From the NCBI RefSeq assembly GCF_009914755.1, contig NC_060938.1: 64,000 bases of DNA. The stretch is one strand, 5' to 3'. This DNA comes from the human T2T-CHM13v2.0 reference genome, Homo sapiens. The translations under genes and the position numbers were made by a program. Shown here one piece after another: positions 49,048-64,000 of this stretch (positions are counted from its first letter, which is position 1; every line of letters starts with the position of its first letter). The notes under the pieces are model-generated. The model ran no database searches. It saw only the letters and a list, made by a program, of their open reading frames with translations, and was not told where the DNA came from.

Positions 49048-49574
49048 GTAACCATCATTATGTGACAAAAAAGGAGCATAGTAAAGAGAGCACATAATTC
49101 TAGAAGGGGTGGAGGTTGGAGAGAAATTAAGTTGAGAAGAGGAGAACAAGATGTCAGGAAAGTCTTCCCATATGAGATACTTCTAGCAATTGAGTCTAGT
49201 CTAGAGGAACAGGCAGTTATTCTCTAAATGGTCTCTAAGAAGAGCTGGGGGCCTTAAAAACAAGGGACGTAGCAGTAATCTTTTTTATAGGCTGTGAATT
49301 GCTGTGGAACCTATAGCTTCAAACCTATTTGTTTTCCATGAACTCTATAATGATGTCATGGTCTATGCCTTCTTCATGTACAAACATCATACAGTTAACC
49401 CACCACCATGATAGCATGTACTTTCTGTTGTCGTGTTGTTTCCTAGTAAGGTGATTGATTTGCATTGCTTCAACCGGGCTCCTCTGATTGATCATTTTCT
49501 AAACAATGGATGCATTTACAGATGGTTGCCAGGTTCAGCAGAGCAGGCTGTAGCCATCAAATAGATAAAGTAGG

Positions 49575-49650
49575 CTCACCACATTCTGGAATTGAAACCG
49601 TGATCTTGGTTACATCAGAAGGTGCTCTAACCAATTGAACAAACCAGGCC
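49575..49650 (-). pseudogene. Decayed tRNA-Ile-like sequence (tRNA pseudogene or head of a tRNA-derived SINE such as MamSINE1)
   Basis: Minus strand ggcctggtttgttcaattggttagagc..ccaagatcacggtttcaattcc aligns with tRNA-Ile(AAT) ggccggttagctcagttggttagagc..ccaaggtcgcgggttcgatccc; A and B boxes degraded. Confidence 0.6.
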
Positions 49651-50383
49651 TCGATGAAGCAACTGAGAGCTGGGGGATTCTTATGCAGAACAGAGCATTC
49701 ATACTTCCGCTTCCATATGTACCACATATGTGTTCCTCTCAACTGGTTTTGTACATTTCCATTGCCTTAAATGTATTCACATAGCACTCTTTAAATACTC
49801 GAAGTATAATGAAGAAAAGAGAAGGAACTGAAATGGTTCCATTCCATTTCTCACTAGGAAGTTGATTCTGTGCACTCTATTTCTGACTATTTTCTATCAG
49901 CCTATCACTGTGGGATGTAGGAGGGAGGAACAGGACACAAAATGTGGCATAATTAAAAAAAGATGAAGAAGAAAATTAAAATCATTAACCATTAGTAATC
50001 ATTTTTAATGTGCATCATTTTTAAAATTCGAGAATAACCCAAGGAGGTAGGCATAATGTTTAGACATGATTTACCAGTGAAAAGAAGCTTAGAGAAATGA
50101 AGTAACGGCTGGAAAGTCACAGCTAGAACTCAAAGTGAGAATTCCCACCCAAGAAATCTAACTCCAGATTCTACACTCCTAATCTCCGCTATGTTGCTTT
50201 CCTGAAATGAGGAAAGAATAAGAAAGGAGAAAATTAGTGACAGGAAAGAGAGAGCTGAATAAGAGGGGACAAAGAAAGGAGGAAGGAAATCAAGCAGTTT
50301 CTACACTCTGGAAAATAACGGAGCAGAATTAACAGAAGAGAACTACTTTCCTCAATGCTCATTCTACTGTTAAAAAAAAAATA

Positions 50384-50508
50384 AGCCAGGCAGTGCAGCA
50401 CACGCCTATAATCCCAGTGACTAAGGAGGCTGATGTAGGAGGATTGCTTGAGCCCAGGAGTTTGAAGCTAACCTGGGCAACAGAGCAAGACCTTGTCTCT
50501 AAAAAAAA
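50384..50508 (+). mobile_element. FLAM-type Alu monomer
   Basis: Single left-arm-type monomer with A tail. Confidence 0.75.
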
Positions 50509-51458
50509 TTTTTTTTAAGTAGCTGCATTGTCTTGTTTTTCTAACTTTGTACAGTGCTTAGAGTAACACTATCTAAACAGCATGTGTTCCATAAACCCTG
50601 TTGACTAACCGCTGGATTTGCACAAGAAACACCGGAAGACTCTTAGGCAAGAGATATATTGTAAGATCCGTGACAATGAGATCTCTTGGATGACATGTTT
50701 TTCATTGTTTACTGCGTGTCTAAAATGAGAAGGTCCTAAGAGCCAACCTTTCATTGGAGTGGCCCCCATAAAACTGTCTGCTGTGTAAGGGGTGTTGGAG
50801 TGACTCTCCATCACAGGTTCTACTGCAGCTCTAGGGTGGGTCCTGAGTGATGTGAACCCCACCCCCATCCCCGTTGCTAGTGAATGGGTCTGGGGTAGGC
50901 AGGCCAAGGCCAATTGGGACCAATGAGTCATAAAGAGTTTTCTAAACACTTCCGGAAAATATGCTTTCTTACCCTTAAGAAAGAGTCACAGGAAGTTAGT
51001 AGGAGGTGAAAAGGGAAGCAATTAACCCAGCAACTACTGGAAGCCTTCCAAAACCCAGGGATCTTTCCCCAGAATGAAGTCAGCATTGGGGATAGCACAG
51101 CAGAGAGATGCAAAGAGCCACTGGATCCACCAGTCCTGAATCCTACCCAGCCTTTGACATCCTGCATTGGAGCCAATACATTTCTTTATGATAAAAGCTA
51201 GTTTGAGGTTGAGTCAGGATTTCTGTCCCATATTTTAAAGTATCCTACTGATGCAGCCTGGTAAACATAAAACATGGTAAACACATGTGGCCTGATTTTA
51301 TTGGCAGCATGGTTAACTGGTTCAAGCTATGGTTCAAGCTATTCTTTCCCTTCTGTGATTATGACCATACGCTCTCATGAAAGGTGAAGCCTTTCTCCTG
51401 CCATGGCTACCTGGCTAAAAAAGCTCAGCCAGAGTCTCAATTCCTATAACCTCCTTCC

Positions 51459-52240
<782 letters not shown>

Positions 52241-52829
52241 AGGCCAGATAGTAATAGGATATAATTCCAGGTCGAGATCTTAGTCTGTGGGCAGTAGGTT
52301 GGGTTTTGAGTCAGGTATGAGCTGAGCAATAGAATGTGGTTTTGAAAGAAAGGAAGAGTATTCAAGACAGAGCACAGCAGGAGCAGATAGAAGAACCCAG
52401 GTGGCTGGTTTCTCTGACACAGGCAGGAAACATTCTTCTGCAATGGTGAGCCAGGCTGGATGATAGGGGAGACTCTACTTATGAGGCAGGAGGGTCTAGA
52501 ATGAGGGACAGTTACCCAGAGTCTGGGAGCATCAAGCCACTCCTTCATGAGTCAGGCCCAGCAAGCTTGCTTATGAGCAGTGAGATTAGAAAACCCACGG
52601 GCAGAACCATGTGGACCGACAAGAAATAGGTGAGCGCCATATGTTTCCAGGGGCCAGACAGGTGAGCATCTGAGCAAAGACAGAAGCCAAAGCGGTGCAA
52701 ACCTGGAAGGACAGGAGCAAGGCAGCTCAGGAGCTGACTGGGCAGTAGTATCGAAGGCCCAGATACAGTGTCCAGGCAAAGGGCCAAGAGCCCAGTCAAG
52801 GATGACAGCTGTATTGCGGAGATAAAGCG

Positions 52830-53050
52830 AAGAAAGCACAGGTTTCAGAGTCAAACAGACTCAGGTTTGAATCCAAGACTATCTTATCTGCTGTGTAAAC
52901 TTGGGCAAGCCACTTAACCTCTCTGAGGCTTCTGTTTCCTTGGCTAAAAAGGAACATAATAATGTCTACCTCAAAGAGTTGTTATAAGGAGTATAAATAA
53001 TATATGAAGAGTGCCTGGCACTTGGAGCACTCAATAAATGAGAGCTATTG
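52830..53050 (+). mobile_element. MIR
   Basis: Core ttgggcaagccacttaacctctctgag..gtgcctggcac..ctcaataaatg. Confidence 0.85.
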
Positions 53051-53754
53051 TTATTATCAATATCACCCTCATTATTTATATTGAACTATAGAGATTGCTG
53101 TGGCTCAGGCTGAGAAATAAAGCAAGTGAGAGGAGTCTTTGCCAAGAACAGAGAAACCACCAGGAGGGGGAACGGGCCTCTGCAGAATTGATCACAAAAG
53201 CTCTCTGGCTTATGTATTACTCATTTGTCACTGTTGATTTATACATTCATTCTTATACTCAGTAATGCCAACACCATTGTCACCATTGCCATCATTCCCT
53301 CCAACAAAAATAAGAAGAACCTTAGATTTCTGTTAAAACAGTTCAACAGGCTGTGTTTTGCCCCTGGCACATCTCTTCATCTTTTCTGTGGATTGAGCTG
53401 CCATTGGTATTCAGGGATACCACCTGCCCCGAGTTGCTGACAACCATCTCCATGGTTTCTGGCCAGATCTCATTAGCTAAGTGAGGTCAAGCCCAGTGAG
53501 GTTAAATACCGACAAGGGAGAGGGTCGGGGGATACACAGATGGTTACAGGCATTGGGATGGAATGGCATGGCTGACCCAGCCTGGTGTTAGGTAGAAAAC
53601 CAAGGTCACAACCTTTTGCAGTCTCTGAGGAGCTGCGTGACAACATATTTAATCAGAGGATGCCAGCCACAGTGATCCTGCAAGTTTCCAACTGATACAG
53701 TTTACCTGCTCCCTCTACATTCAATTGATGCTATTACTGCCCAATCCAATAATA

Positions 53755-54170
53755 AGCAACAATTTATTAAGCCCTTACTGTTTGCCAGGCTAACGACAGG
53801 CCAAAATGCAGGGCTAAAGCACTTTACATACTGTCCCATTTAATCCTCACCACAACTCTATAAAGTCAGTACTATTACCTGCTCCATTTTACCGATTAAT
53901 AGAAGTTCAGAGAGGTTAAGTAACTTGTCTAAGTCCGCATAGCTAGTAAAACTGTAGAGCCAGCTTGGGAACATGGGTTTTGCTGATTCCAGATCTCCAG
54001 CTCTGCATTAAAATGCTAACTGGTGCTTCTCACACTTTAATGTGTATACAAGTCACCAGGCGATTTGTTAAAATGAAGGTTTTGATTCAGTAGATCCAGA
54101 TGGGACCTGAGATGCTGCATTTCTTAGGCCACATGTATGCTGTCGGGCCGTGGGTTATAATTTGAATCAC
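53755..54170 (-). mobile_element. MIR followed by a MER5-type MITE (about 54020-54170)
   Basis: tcagagaggttaagtaacttgtctaag; gattcagtag..tgggacctgagatgctgcatttct. Confidence 0.7.
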
Positions 54171-54289
54171 AAGAGACTTGTCTGATAGATTTGGTTCACA
54201 GTGGTTGGCAGGTTTCTCTTTGAAGGAGGTTGGGTTTTGGTCTTAGGGTTAGGCTAAGAGGCTTTAAAACCATTCAGGAAGTGTGGATT

Positions 54290-54885
54290 TTAGTTCTATG
54301 CTGCATACTAAATCATCATAAATTTATCCCCTTAAAACAACTCCCCATTCATTACTTTACAGGTTTTCCCCCAGAACTGGGAAGGGTGTGACTCCACTGA
54401 TCTCCTCACAGGGCTAAATCAAGATGTCAGCTGGGCAGTGTTCTTATCTGGAGCTCAAGGGCCTTGTGGAAGCTCATTCTGGTTGTCACAGATTCAGTTT
54501 CTTGCGGTTGGGGGACTGAGGTCCCTGTTTCCTGGCTGGCTGTCAGCTGGGGGCCACTCTCAGTTCCTAGAAACTGCCGCATTTCTTACCACTTGGTCCT
54601 TTTATCTTCATAGTCAGCAATAGAGAATCTCCCCTTTGTTGAATTCTTCTCATGCTTCAAACCTCTTTGATTTTTTTCTGTCTTTGACCTCCAGACTCAG
54701 AGTTAAAGGGCTCGTGCTATTAGATCAAGCCCACCCAGACAATCTCCCTATCTTGGGACCTTAATTACATCTGCAAAATCCCTTCACAGCAGAATCTAGG
54801 TTGCTGTTTGATTGAGTAAGTGGGAGAAGGCTCACAGATCCCAGAGGCAGGAAACCTTAGGGGCTTAGAATTCTGCCTACCACAA
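54290..54885 (-). mobile_element. Old MLT1 (E/F-like) LTR
   Basis: ggttgggggactgaggtccctgtttcctggctggctgtcagc; taattacatctgcaaaatcccttcac. Confidence 0.7.
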
Positions 54886-55599
54886 AGTGTTTTGGTTTTC
54901 CTGGATGAGCTGCATTGTTGATTGATCAATGTTTTTAGAGTCATCGAAATTGAGACTATATAAGCTTTCTCATTTCTGCTTTCATTTCTACTCTCTTGCT
55001 GTAAGCCTCTCCTTTGGTATGAAATTACCAACAATGATTTCAAAATAAAAATGGACTGTCAACTTCCAGCAAATTGAGCTTAGCCCTTTTTCTCATTTAT
55101 TGTATAAACTGAAAGTGTAAAACAGGAATTGATACATAGATCATTTGGGGTTTTTCACTGACTCATTAGCAATGTCCAGGAATAAGTCTCCAGATGCAGA
55201 GATGTTTATAGAAGGCAGTACTTCTTACTCAAGGAACTCTAAGTGCTCACGGATGATGTGAGCCAACAGACAGTGCCTGCACTTTGAAGAAGGAGGGTTT
55301 GTGATATCTTGACGTCAAAGATCTGACTGAAATCTTTGGAATCAAGCCCATCTTTTCTGATTTCTAGCCTATTTTCCTTCCAATGGCACTGTCCTAAGGT
55401 TGTACAGCTTAGAAAATGTTAACCCAGTATTGTTTTCTTTACTTGCATGTGAGAGAAGAGAAGTCAAAGTCAAAAGCAGGCAGCTGGAAACCTCCAGGGG
55501 AAGGGATTCCCAGGGGTCCTTTATATTCCTTTCTCCCCAAGCAAAGCAGAGAGAGAAGCAGCACACATACCCTGTGGATTCTGGGTTTGGAAAGCATAG

Positions 55600-55941
55600 T
55601 TGTGTTGTTCATCTGGGCTGCTATAACAAAATACTATACACTGAATGGCTCATAAACCACAGAAATGTATTTCTCACAGTTCTGGTGGCTTGGAAGTCCA
55701 AAATCAAGGTGCCAGCAGATTTTGTGTCTGGTGAGAGCCTGTTACCTGGTTCATAGATGGCTGTCTTCACATGGCAGAAGGGACAAAGGACCTCTCTGGG
55801 ATCTCTTTTAAAAGGGTGCTAATCCCATACATGAGGGCTACATCTCATCGCCTCCCAAAAGTCTCACCTCCAAATACCATCATGTGGAGAATTAGGTTTC
55901 AACATATAAATCTGGGGAGGACAGACATTCAGTCTATTGCA
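55600..55941 (-). mobile_element. MLT1A/MST-type MaLR LTR
   Basis: ctgggctgctataacaaaatac..ctcacagttctgg..acattcagtctattgca. Confidence 0.85.
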
Positions 55942-55962
55942 GGGGCCAACAACAGCCCCTCA

Positions 55963-55978
55963 TCAAGAGGTGGCGCTA
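55963..55978 (+). promoter_or_regulatory. Candidate CTCF motif
   Basis: tcaagaggtggcgcta resembles CCASYAGRKGGCRS; motif match only. Confidence 0.35.
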
Positions 55979-55989
55979 CGGAGAACAAT

Positions 55990-56310
55990 ATAGCTGGCCC
56001 TCCATATCCACAGGTTCTGTATATACAGACTCAACCAACTGAGGGTGAAAAACACTAAAAAAATAATAATAATACACAATAAAAATAAAAATAATACAGT
56101 GTAACACATATTTACATAGCATTTACATTGTATTAGATATTATAAGTAATCTAAAGATGATTTAAACTATGGGAGGATGTGCATAGGTTACATACAAGTA
56201 CTACATCATTTTATATTAGGGACTTAAGCATCCCCCAGATTTTGGTATCCTGGAGTCCTGGAAGCAATTTCTCCCCACCCCCCACAACTAGGGATGAAGG
56301 ATGACTGTAC
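55990..56310 (-). mobile_element. MER2 MITE
   Basis: Same family as 7108-8095; ends ggatgactgta. Confidence 0.8.
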
Positions 56311-58074
56311 TAATGATTCTGTTTCTTTGCAATTCTCCTTAGTACCTCCAAAGCTCTAGCAAGATCATCACACAGGAAACAACATCATTTTCTTAGCCCA
56401 CTCACAGCACAGAGAACAATGAAGTAATGGCTGTAGACAAATCCAAGTGTCTGTTGCAACCTCAGGGTGAGGAGAGAAAATTGGTAGTGGTGTTGCTTCC
56501 TTTAGAGCTTAAAAGGCACAGCTGAGGTGACTACCCTTCACTCCATTTTTGCTAGCATATAATAAGCTCTGCTTTGCATTTTTGCTCCCATGGCATCATT
56601 TTTGAAATATGAATCATAAAAGCAGTGCATTTCTGCTATGCCTGCTGAGACTTGCTTTATCACCCTCCTATTTCAGCGTTAATAAAATGATGCTGTCATT
56701 CCAGCTGGGAGGTATTTTGATTTTTCCAGACAGAGAGCTGGCTGATCACATTGTGAGTGTGTGTGTGTGTGCATACTTGTGTGCATGTGCCTCCCTTCTG
56801 GGGCTGAGAAGGAAATTGTCTTACCTTAATAATAGATAAATGTATTTTGATGGTAGCTGATTACTAAGTTGAGACTTTCTGTAAAATCTTCTAGCATCAT
56901 GGTAATTTACTAACAGACAAAGAAAATCCCTCAATAAAGGCATCATTAGCAAAAATCCTGTGCCACTGGCTTCTAAATAGATGCGTAAAGGTAGGGTAGT
57001 AGAGACCAGGAGTAAAATAAGAAGGTTGGAGTAAATGACCTCTAAGGGCCACTTTTATTTAAAGAAAATTCCAAGCATAACATTGGAGGACCTAGAGATG
57101 ATGCTAAATGCCTGAAAAGGGAGAATATAAATTTAGGAAGGTAGTAAAAATTTTCTCAATGATAAAGGAACTTATGACTATGGGTATTTGCACGTGTATG
57201 TGTCTGCTGTGTCTTTAATATTGAGGGGAATTCTTTTTCTTAAATCTGAGAATGATGGCTTAGTTGATGGCAAAATGGAAAGGATGCGGGGACCAGCCAG
57301 GAGCCCAGGAGCAAGGCAGGCGTTTCCAGAAGATCTTGGCAGAAAGAGGCAGACCAAAGAAGCAGACTGGCCAGCCAGTGCCAGGTAGGGTGTGAGATTA
57401 ACTACAGGTGGGTGGAGCACAGCCCACGCACTACAGAGGTCTGGGCAGTCATGAAATCCAAAGGGGCTGCTCAGGATAGTGGGTAGCAGGGACTGCACCT
57501 TCGAGGGTGAGGTTCAGAGGCAGGATTTGGGTTTCTTTTTTTTTTTTAAAGGATTAGCAAGAGAAAGCGCACAATCTAGAACAAATGAGATATCAACAAG
57601 AGTCACTGAAAAGGGACCTACGGACAGGCTGTTAGGGACTTGATCTTCAGGAATAAGACTGGCTACTAGAATCAAAGAAAAGGTTTGTGTAGGTCCAGTA
57701 GCAAGGCTGATTTGATGCTATCATGCTGAGAAACTCATACTCTGCTTTTCATTTTTGCGTTTTTAGTACCTCTAAAGCTTTTTACATTCTCCCCAACTAT
57801 AGAGATACTCTAGGGCCTAAGTTGATCCTAGCCGGGCTAATCACCAAATCACAGAATTTGGCAGATGATTTCAAGAAGTTTAAAATGAGTCCCGTCCTCA
57901 AAGTGTTTATAATCTATTTGAGAAGAAAAGGTCAGCACACATGAGACAGAAATATGTCTACTGTGTCCATTTACTGTGTTATGTACAAGTCATAGGTATT
58001 AAGAAAAATAAAAATTAGTAAGTGCTGGAGAGGTCAAGGAAGGCTTCACCGAAGAGGGATGATTTGAGGGTTTA

Positions 58075-58375
58075 AATTTTTTCTGAGACAGGGTTTCACT
58101 CCATCGCCCAAGCTGTAATGCAGTGGTGTAATCACGGTTCACTGCAGCCTTGACCTCTCAAGATCAGTTGATCCTCCCGCCTCAGCCTCCTGGGTAGCCC
58201 CAGCTGGGATTGCAGATGCACACCACCATGCCCAGTTCATTTTTTATATTTTTTGTAGAGACAGGGTTTTGCCATGTTGCCCAGGCTGGTCTCGAACTCC
58301 TGAGCCCAAGGGATCTGCCCACCTGAACCTCTCAAAATGTTGGGATTACAGGCATTAGCCGCTGCACCTGGCCTG
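58075..58375 (-). mobile_element. AluJ
   Basis: cactgcagccttgacctc, gatcctcccgcctcagcc. Confidence 0.9.
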
Positions 58376-59812
58376 GCTTGAAGTTTTTTAAGTGAAGAAA
58401 AGCAGAATTGGGGCCCTGGGGGTGGGAGATGTTCATGGGGGTGGAGAGAAGAGAGTCAGAAATATCCTGAGATATTTTTCTCATCATTTTTACCCCAACA
58501 GGAATAGTTGAGCCTCTCAGTTCTGCAGGGGAAGCTGGTAGTGGAGCCACTAGTGAGCACTTATAAAGTAGATGATAAAGAAAGGAAGTGGAGTTTGCTT
58601 GATAAGAGAAGAACATGATTAGAATGGTTGTGTTGGTAGCTCCTGGACTCTTTCTCTGCGGCTATTTCAGTCCCCTAGCTAATCTGGCCCTGACTTATAG
58701 TAGTGCCAACTTCAAGCCTTCAGGGCATTTTATACAGCTTCCTGTCTATGCTTCCCACCCTTATCACTCCCTCCCCTTGTTTTCCTTCCATTTTTTTAAA
58801 TGACTATTATTGAATCAAATTTTCCTATTAATTAAAACCCTTGGGATCTTGGAACCTTAGTCAACTTTCCCCTCGTATATGACATAATGATGTACATTGT
58901 GTTTCAATGGCTCTGGACACCATCGCTGATAGAATAGGTCACCTGTTTAGCGTAGTCAGGATGAATGTTGCCATCAAGATGACTGCTCTATATTGAAGAG
59001 TCTGAGTCAACTCAGCATATCCAACTATCTTCGTGACTTTTTTTTTTTAAAGAGTTTTAATGTATTCCTTTAGTACTGGCAGTTGCTTTTCCCAGTCTGC
59101 TGCTGCTGAAGAAATTCCTAATGGTTAATGTCAGATCCCAGGATACTGGCCTATAATGCTGAGAAAGGAAATAGTGTCAGAGAATCTTGGTTTTTAGCTG
59201 CTGTTTTACTCTGCAGGAGCAGAGAGAAATAGGAGCAGGGGTAATTTCTTTCCTTTAGCAGCTGCTGAAGTAGACCTGATATTTGGGTTGGAAAAGTATA
59301 TCAACTCACCTCAATTTAGAGAAATTATTTTTTAACCTTAAGAAATTAACGTATGTATTGCATCACTGAGGAGGCTCTTCTGTGGGCTTGTAGCAGGAAA
59401 AATCTAGACACTCTATGGGGCTATGCTACAGACATGGTGGCCCATGCAAGGAACTGGCAGCTGTGGGAGACAATGACAATGATTGACACTTGCCTGGCAA
59501 TTTACAGCATACTGTTTCAAACCTGATTTAATTCTCTCAGTAAGCCTGAGATAAAGGGGTCATTTTATGCATTCCACAGATGAGGAAATAGACTTGCTTT
59601 CTTAAGCAACAGGTAGTGAGTTACAATCCAGAAATGAACACAGTCTCTCTGAATCCCAATCCTACACCCTTCCCAGTAAACAGGTTCTATTCCACTGTAT
59701 GGCATTCAGTTGTGAGACGTTTCACACAAGAATTCGTCATTAACAAAAGAATTATATTTGATGGTGATAATTTAGAATCATAAGTCAAGAGTCTCTCATT
59801 TTCTTGTATTGA

Positions 59813-60122
<310 letters not shown>

Positions 60123-60919
60123 TGAAGTGCATTTTTTGAGCAGAAAGAATAGGTCAAATTGCAGCAAGCTATCTGGGGAATCACACACATCAGTTATATC
60201 TGTGCGGTAGCACTAAAAGACCATGGCTGGTGGAGATAATAATAGTTTTTGTGATTATAAGTTATTGCCTTGCTTTCCTCCCTGGAAAATACTGGGTTTC
60301 ACCAAAGTTTGAATCTGAGTTTTCCTATGACAGTGTGCCTGCTTGTGTGAATATCATCCATTTTGAGTATCTCCAAAAGACATCAGTGGAGAATGTGGCT
60401 CATCGTGCAGCCTTCCTGATAGATCTGACTATGGTAGTGCACATACTACATTTAAGCCCTGCTGTGTATCAAAGCTGGGTACTCAACCCTAACACATACC
60501 CTTCACTTATAATGAAACTCCTAATGGACTCTTGCTTATAGGGAAAGCTTGTATAACCAACTCTCAATTTTTATGTGTATGTAAGGTCAAAACTGCAGTG
60601 TTCTGTTAATGGTGATACCACTACAATGTCTGTAGATATAGGCAATAGAAAACTGAAGCACTCTTATGACACAAATACAGTGTAAACATTCTTGAAAAAC
60701 TGGGAATTTGCTGCAGCATCACTCCTAGCCACTCCCCAGAAATTTGGAGGTTGGACAACCTAGTGTGATAGTAGAAACACTTGAAATGTTTGGGAGTCAT
60801 TTTTACACAAACTTGTGCTGTTGCTTTTTTTTAAGGTTAAAAAAGGCATGTTTTGATGCAAGAACACAGGATATGAGTTCGCACTAAATAAAGATCTACA
60901 TCTACACAATAGGTTTCAA

Positions 60920-61140
60920 TGACGGGGAGGAGAAGAGATTTTTATCTTCCATGAGATACTCAGCAGTATCCGGAGACCTTCTTGATTTTCCCAACTTAGA
61001 GTGTTAAAGCTATTGGCATCTAGTGGGTAGAGGCTAGAGATGCTGTTGCTGTTAAACATCCTACAATGCCCAGCCTTTATCCCTGCAGTAAAGAATTATT
61101 CACCCCAAAATGTTAACAGGGCTGAGGTTAACGAAGCCCT
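60920..61140. mobile_element. MER20 (hAT-Charlie)
   Basis: tggcatctagtgggtagaggc..aaacatcctacaatgc..aaagaattat..ccaaaatgt. Confidence 0.8.
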
Positions 61141-61178
61141 AATCTATACTGACACTAAAATGTTAAGCACTTTGGTAG

Positions 61179-61610
<432 letters not shown>

Positions 61611-62324
61611 TGGGAGACAGTTTTGTTCAAGTCCCCCAGCCCGTGGTAGAAAGTTACTTACAATATTTCCTGTAGGTTTTTGGGTGACTTTGTTTTAGTT
61701 GTGGGCTGAGAGACTCTGCTTGATTCACTGCTACTGCCTGTTCCAAACTGCTGCTTTCAGCCCCTGCCTCTGCTGCCCTCCCCCCGACTCCCTGGACCAT
61801 TCTGTTTCACTTTGGATATGATTTTTCTTTCTTCCTCCCTGAAAAATCCCTCTTACATATGCTTATTGTGGGTTGCAAACCATTGCTGATAGGTCAGGGT
61901 TGTTTTTTAATTTCTCAAGTCTTCCTCAGCAAAGGAAATTTCCTGCTGCCCTTGAACTTGTGTAGGATTTAGCTGGCCCATGGAGTGGCCAGAGTTCTCT
62001 ACCCTCTTATATCTCAATCTTCTTTTTTAGATCCTTAGGCTATCTCTCTGAGCAGCCAGCTAAAACCCCACAAATTCCTATTTCTTTCTCATACAAACTA
62101 ATTTAGCCTTCTTTGTTTCGCTCTCTTCTTGCTCGGCCCTGGGTGGAGTGGGAGTGGGATTACTGAAATAGGAACATCAAAGCATTTTTCTAACAAACAA
62201 CAGCAATCAGAAAAACAACTTATATCCCAGGAGATAAATTATGCCACTCTTCTAGAAGGCAAAATGTAAGTACTTGTTTTACATATAATTTATTTTCTTC
62301 CGAAGACACTGGGGAGAAACAATG

Positions 62325-62570
62325 TAGTGTAGCTGTTGTGAGCAGTGGACACTGGAGTTAGACCACTTGGGGTTTGAGTCTTGGTTCCATCACCTGTTAT
62401 CCCCATGACCATGGGCAAGTTACTTGACCTATCTGTTGCCCCTTAGTTCCCTCACTATTACAATGGGGAAAATAGAAGTACCTACCTTAGAGAACTATTG
62501 TGAGAATTTTTAAAAGGCAATGATGTGAAGTGCCTTCATTCAGTGGCTGACACATGGTGGCTGCTCGACA
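62325..62570 (+). mobile_element. MIR
   Basis: Core tgggcaagttacttgacctatctgt. Confidence 0.8.
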
Positions 62571-63073
62571 GTGAGTACTAAAGAGTGGGATGTGTAAGCA
62601 GACTGCCCACATAGAGAAAGAGCATGCAATGAGCACATTCCAACACACAGGGGTGAGTGTATTAAGCTACAGGGTTCAAAGAAGACAAAGAGCTTCCTCT
62701 CTTAAAAAAAAATCCCAGGCTCCTGGGAAAGACAGAAAAGTAAACAAATAACTATAATGCAATGTGACAGTGCTATAGCAGAGGTCTGTTTGTACTTGTC
62801 AAAAGATTTCTACTCAGCAGTGACCATGACATCCTGTTGTTGTGGCGTTAGTTTCTATCCCACTAGAGAGTCACAATGCATATTGCATTCTCCTTGCAGT
62901 GAAAGGTAGTTAAGTAGAGTGTTTCCGAGTGTTTGGATTTGGCCAGTCCCACTGCCAAAATCCACAGCTTAAGGAACAGAGATGTGTCTCTGTTTGTCTT
63001 TGCTGGTGGGCTCCCGTATCCTGTATAGTCTTAAAGGGGGCTTCATTCCCCATGGTGGGCTTCTTCTTGATTA

Positions 63074-63391
<318 letters not shown>

Positions 63392-63719
63392 TCAGCAGAG
63401 TCTTAGAATGCAACCAAGGACAAACTACCTCCCCCAATCCTATAGGACCTGAGTAAGCACGTTTCCAAAAAGCAATGATTATTAAAATGCAACAAGCATT
63501 ATTCTTTGTGTGATTTCAAGACCTTTTTACCCTATCCTTTCCCCAACCTCTAAAATATATCATGGCCTACAGTAACTTACAGAAACTCGGTGAGTAACTG
63601 TTTTGCTAATTAAAGTCGATGAATACTTAGATTTTTAAAACAACTGTAGAGAATGTTGGCAAAACCTTGAGTGTCACAAAGCAAGAAGCAGCCATCATCA
63701 TGGAACAGTGTAAAATGAA

Positions 63720-64000
63720 AGTCAATCAAATGAGAAAAATATCAAAGTTGAATTTATTCCTTACACCTGACCTGGATAAAGTCCAAGTAGATATTAATAT
63801 TTAAATTCATAAAATGATATCATCATGGTATTAGAAGAAACTAAAAGAGAGTTATTCACCTTAAAGTGGAGAAGGCATTTCTAATGATGACATTAAATCC
63901 AGAATTATACAAGAAAAGATTAATACATTCAATCTTTCAACATCAAAATTTTCTGCATAGAAAAAACCATAAACATAGCCAAAAAATGACAAATTGCAAA
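63720..64000 (+). mobile_element. Old L1M ORF2 fragment running off the window
   Basis: A-rich L1-like sequence attagaagaaa..ggagaaggcatttcta..aagaaaagattaatacatt..aaaaccataaac. Confidence 0.6.

Overview
Primate (human-like) genomic DNA with no intact protein-coding gene or CpG island that I can recognise. It is almost entirely interspersed repeats: about 30 Alus (FAM/FLAM/AluJ/AluS/AluY), L1, L2, MIR, MaLR/ERVL LTRs and DNA-transposon MITEs. The centre (about 21.7-47.5 kb) is a dense ERV1 nest. It holds four MER41A-type LTRs and a minus-strand MER57/MER4-group proviral structure (26171-47467) with env ISD and integrase remnants and a tRNA-Leu-type PBS. A complete two-LTR MER61-type provirus (32614-40573, 4-bp TSD) and several solo LTRs inserted into that structure. 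The most unusual feature is where the outer provirus's 3' LTR should be. The LTR termini and polypurine tract remain, but the interior is a spliced, 5'-truncated TMEM183A mRNA copy with no clear poly(A) tail or TSD. This is a candidate retroviral capture of a cellular mRNA inside an LTR. Repeat family names and the TMEM183A match come from recalled consensus and protein sequences and need RepeatMasker/Dfam/BLAST confirmation. Boundaries are approximate unless a TSD is quoted.
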